This document shows, one piece after another, positions 59,801 through 64,000 of a stretch of DNA of 64,000 bases (positions are counted from its first letter, which is position 1; each line of letters begins with the position of its first letter). The notes beneath the pieces are model-generated. The model had not been told where the DNA came from. It did not search any database and worked only from the letters and a program-made list of their open reading frames with translations. Both the position numbers and the translations under genes were made by a program. This DNA comes from Klebsormidium nitens (lineage: Eukaryota; Plantae; Klebsormidiophyceae): contig DF237470.1 of assembly GCA_000708835.1 (NCBI GenBank), positions 1 through 64,000 on the forward strand. Direction: 5' to 3'.

Positions 59801-62800
59801 TTTCCCAGGCAGGCACGCCGCGATCTGGCACAGGCACGGTCCACTTCAAACACTACTCAAGGTTGGCAAGCCATCATTCTCGCTGCCCAGCAGGCATGCC
59901 GCGATTTGGCAAAGGCGCCAGGTACTACTGCAGGAAGAACATCGACGCCTGCAAAAGAAATCATCGAGGGCTTTCGTTCTCGACTTTCAAGTAAGATTGA
60001 AGTTTGGCACTCTTTAGATGTGCCTGCTGCAATTTGACACAGGCACGCCAAGTAGTGCAGGAAGAACATCGTCGCCTGCAATCAAAACAACAGGGCATCA
60101 TTTCCTTTCTGCATCCTGATTCATTGGGTTCGTTCCAGGTTGACGCTCCTTGTCTGGATTGTCAAAACCCGCCCGTTGTGTTCAAGCTACACGAGGCACA
60201 GTGCACAATGCGCATTGGAAGAAGAGCACGGCGCCTCCCGAAAACGTGTGAAACGGCTTTCGTTTCCAACGTCGAAAGATTTCAACCGTTGAGTCTCAGA
60301 GGCAACAAACGCAGCATGATGCCGTTCCAGGTGCACAAGCGGTTGGACAATTCGCCTGACCATATCGTGGAGGATGCCCTCAAGAAAACGTTTTTTCGAG
60401 AAAAGGCCTCACAATGAGGCAATTGTTGCGCAACAGCCAAGCAACTGACAGCCCTTGCACCGAATCTCTGCCAGATCATCTTGTGAAATACCCAGTCAAG
60501 CTTAGCGTGATGACAAAGCCCTTCTGAGCTAACGGCAAAAATCTCGAGAAAGTTTCGGCAGAGAGACGACACAGGGCACAGTCACCTTTTTCTTGACATG
60601 GAAACGAGACGAAGAATCGATTGATGTGAGAAAAGAGGGCAAGACAAGGGAACGGAATGCAGGTCAAAAGGAGGCCAGAGCTCCGGATCTCACGATGATG
60701 CAGTTGTCGCACGCCGTGGTTTGGATGCGGAACTCGTCTTGGAGCAGGAAACGGGTGGAGGCGACCGAGGACGCAAAGCAGCACACAACCTGCAAGAACG
60801 TGACGTACAATGTCATTCTACAAGAAACACCATGCCGAGCTACCGAGAAACTCAACTACTTACAGTGCGCACTCACATCCACGGACAAAGGCCCTGTTGT
60901 GGCAACGGACGTGTGTCCCAACCGGTTAATCATCGTCCTCCAGGTGAGATACAGGGCCTTTCATCAAAGGAGGGGCCGCGCCAGACAGACTGTTGCGTTG
61001 ATATTCAGTAGTGCAAACGGGTGAGCTTTGAAGCAGTTCTAGGTGTCTCAGGTGGACAGAATGCAGGCAATCTGCCGAAAGCAGCCTGACGACTTCATTT
61101 TTACAAGACTTCAACACCAGCTTCTTTGCGCATCCTGCTTGTGAAGGTCGGAGGCCGTACTGGATCAGTTAACTTGCAGGATTCTTTATTGAGGGTCATT
61201 CCCTTGATGACAAACATCCCTAACTTCGACTGGCATGCATCCGCCTAGTTTTAAGAAAACCTTGATTTTGCTTTAAGAAAACCCCGACCAAATTTGGAGT
61301 AGCACCTACAACGGATTTAGAGCAGTTCTGCTCACTCCCGAATGCTGTATGACAATCAAGAAATTCTAGAAGAACGAGAAGAGGTAGGGGGAAAGAGCAA
61401 AAAGAAGCAGAAGTAGACTTACCTCCAAGCAGAGACAGAACTCTGGGCAGTCCTTCTCCTTGCATTTCCCGCTGCACGGCATGAAGCCTCCACAGCAGGT
61501 GTATCTGCCAGATAGAAGAGGCAAGATCAGAAAGCTCCCTTGTGACACAAGGGCATACAACAAAATGTTTTTCTGATGGTCCAATTTTTTGCAATGCTTT
61601 GTTGACTAGTTTTTGTCATTTGGCATCTAGTTTTTGTCGTTGGCATCTACAGAGTCATTTGGCATCTAGTTTTTGTCGTTGGCATCTACAGAATAAAACT
61701 CAATGGATGAACAATCAAACCAGAACCGACTTTTGGCAACTATTTGTCATAAGCCTCAAAAGTCAACCGTGCTGGTAACATTAGTGGTGACACAAAGAAC
61801 CAGACTCTTGCTGGTGTCTTCTTCTAGGACTCAGTGTCTGCGTCAAATCCTGTTTCTTACAGCTCTGGTCTTCTGCAAAATCCTTACAGTGGCCAAACCT
61901 GGAGTGATGTAAGCTTCTGAAAGTCTGTCTGCCATAGACGATACTTGACCAGATTGTCGTTGTGCTCTTCTCTTTAATCACCCTCAAACACAAGGAAAAT
62001 ATGCATGGATTCTAGTGTCGCATCTATGATATTTTCTTTCAATCTGCAAAACACAGGAGTTGATGAGTTGATGATGCAGATTGGTAAAGTGTGCAGACTT
62101 AAAAGTGTTAAGCACGTACACAAAAGTCTACCAGAGAATCAGGAGAAGAAGCAGCATACCACTTTCTAGCAACTTGGACAGTCATGAAGGGACTAACCTG
62201 GACATGTCATTGTATAGCGTCCTCTTTCGGAGAAGGTAGGAGACGCAGTAAGGGCTGCGAGGGAAGGGCACTTGTAATCTAAACTTGATGTACCAGCTTA
62301 ACAGTGAAGGGCAAGGATTAATCAAAAGCAGGAGACTCAACAAGGTGTCGTTATCTTGCGTTTTCTTAGGATCAGGATGGAGCAAAGCAACATTACATGC
62401 TTTCTTGACAAGGCTTTAACAGCAAGCTTGAGACCGCAGTCTCCAGACAGCCTGTTCAGAAACCCCGTCTTACAGCCAAGCTGGTCTTCTCTCTCGTCAA
62501 AAATAAGGGCCTACAAACACTTCTTCTATTCCAAAAAGCAGTCAAGGAAAGACTAGTGCTGTAAATCCAACACTGCGGTGTTTCATGCTGGAGATATGGC
62601 AGCAGCATGATCAGCAAGCCCAAGGGCTGATTATGTCCGCAAGTGGTATGCTCACCAGAAGACGGAGAAGCAGCAATCTGCATGCACAGAGAGCAAAAGC
62701 AGGTGTTAGGGGGTTCGGCATCTTAGTTGGCTCACTTTTCCAAGCTCCCATGTCTGAATTTTGCAGGGGCTACTCGGCAGAGACTCGCAGAGCAGCGAAA

Positions 62801-63988
62801 AAGGAAACCTCTCGTTGACTGATTTTGATTACTGCCCCATGAAAGTTCTATACATCCTCCAAGTTTGACCAGCGGCAGCCTTCCAGACTGACCCTCGTGT
62901 CAGAAACTAAGCACTGGTGCAAGCAATCCCCCAAGAAACGGCTGGGAGGACTCAATTGGATGACACAAGATTAGCTTCTGAGTCCGTTGTTCGAGATACG
63001 AACTCTACAACCGAAGCTAATTTAGTTACTGCGAGGCAACAAACTGCACCACCAAGTGGCACAACCCTACACCCCTGGTCGACAGGACTCACGGAAAAAA
63101 CCGTCTCAGTGTAGAGGCCCCGCAATTCACAAGAACATTCCAGGAACTCGAATGAAACCTCTCGCTTTGCAGACTGAGCAACATTGATGAAGAGAGTGAA
63201 TGTCAAATAGGACAGATTCATTCTTGAGAACAAGCATTTTCCACTATCTTTTTACTGCATGTCCAGATTTTCTACCACTTAAATGCAGGATGCATTTACT
63301 CAAGAGCTGACTGGTCAGGATCCTTAACAGGATTGCAGATAACTCAAGGGGCAGTACCCTCGGTCCAGAGAGATTGTTTAGCGTCCTTTATAGACTGGAT
63401 CAGGAGGAGCACTGCCTCGGCATTATGCAAGCTTGATGCTGAAGTGCAGAGAGATCCTTTACAGAAGAAAGACTACAGGTCAAAACACAATAGCACTACA
63501 CAAGCACTTCTATCTCTAATATGACCTGATCCATGTACTCCATCTGTTAAAACAATTTGATGACAACGACCTCAGCATACAGGGGGAAAAACCTGCTGCT
63601 TCTTGGAATCAGTACAGCTAGATTGTCCATATCAAGGACTTAGCAGGATTCAGAACGAATATCATAAAATTACAGCATTGCAAGCTTCATTCCTAAACAA
63701 CACCCATCGAAGACACCAAGGCTGAGATTTGCTGCTCACTAGCACTGCGTGATAATACTGGTGACAGTCACATTAAAACCAAACTTGCTGTTGCTGTCTA
63801 CTTTGGTCAACTGAATATGGAACGAGAGATTCTCAACCCCAAAAGCAGAAAGAGAAATGCTCTGTGGTAAACTTACAGGGGCAGTCATTGGCGATGGCCT
63901 TTATAAGCGTCGTGTGCCAGGTGTTCACGTAGACATTTGTGTCCTGGCGGACTTGCATAGAATCGACCTTTGCCTGGATGCCGGCCAT
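56885..63988 (-). CDS. PLAC8-family Cys-rich protein with Gly/Pro/Tyr-rich C-terminal tail (~285 aa, 8 exons)
   Basis: Exons 63988-63877, 62677-62656 (22 nt), 62254-62198, 61504-61423, 60789-60694, 59573-59430 (GC donor), 58121-58007, 57114-56885; 858 nt, phases consistent. Motifs VSYLLRKRTLYNDMSRYTCCGGFMPCSGKC, ASTRFLLQDEFRIQTTACDNCII, DLVYCSVCACMQTQHKVELDKRDG, then GYPQGGPPGYGGAPPPY. Confidence 0.93.
59640..60080 (-). repeat. Four decayed partial copies of PLAC8 exon 6 in the preceding intron
   Basis: Copies at ~59640-59721, ~59805-59838, ~59879-59948 and ~60021-60075 translate as variants of ATMFFLQYLACLCQIAACLL. Three retain a gcag acceptor; none extends to the donor. Confidence 0.92.
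61607..61692. repeat. Intronic tandem repeat (39-bp exact duplication built from ~20-bp subunits)
   Basis: gtcatttggcatctagtttttgtcgttggcatctacaga twice (61615-61653, 61654-61692). Confidence 0.9.
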
Positions 63989-64000
63989 GGCTGCAACGTC

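Noticed and set aside
1-64000. rRNA, tRNA, snRNA or prokaryotic operon features
   Set aside because: None were recognisable by eye; a covariance-model scan (Infernal, tRNAscan-SE) would be needed to exclude small RNAs.

Overview
Eukaryotic, intron-rich scaffold with two N-gaps (1223-1431, 5292-5865). The plant-type gene families and GT-AG introns of about 0.3-1.3 kb suggest a streptophyte alga of the Klebsormidium type (inference). I reconstructed five spliced genes by hand, checking reading-frame phase at every junction. (1) A 33-exon, ~2,319-aa SMCHD1/GMI1-like GHKL-ATPase + SMC-hinge gene (32284->8465, minus). (2) A 3-exon GT61 glycosyltransferase (33544-37211, plus). (3) A 10-exon half-size ABCG transporter (40574-48243, plus). 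(4) An RI-type LRR ORF running into a patatin phospholipase, with a one-base frame offset between them (52652-55163, plus). (5) An 8-exon PLAC8-family gene with a Gly/Pro/Tyr tail (63988->56885, minus). Intergenic DNA holds non-autonomous transposon-like elements, including a ~750-bp near-complete palindrome, and several repeat arrays. The strongest leads are the LRR-patatin sensor-effector-like fusion, the animal-SMCHD1-like long architecture in a green-lineage gene, and repeated decayed 'echo' copies of splice junctions in two unrelated genes. No rRNA, tRNA or CRISPR was recognisable. All family assignments are from motif recognition only; no database search was run.
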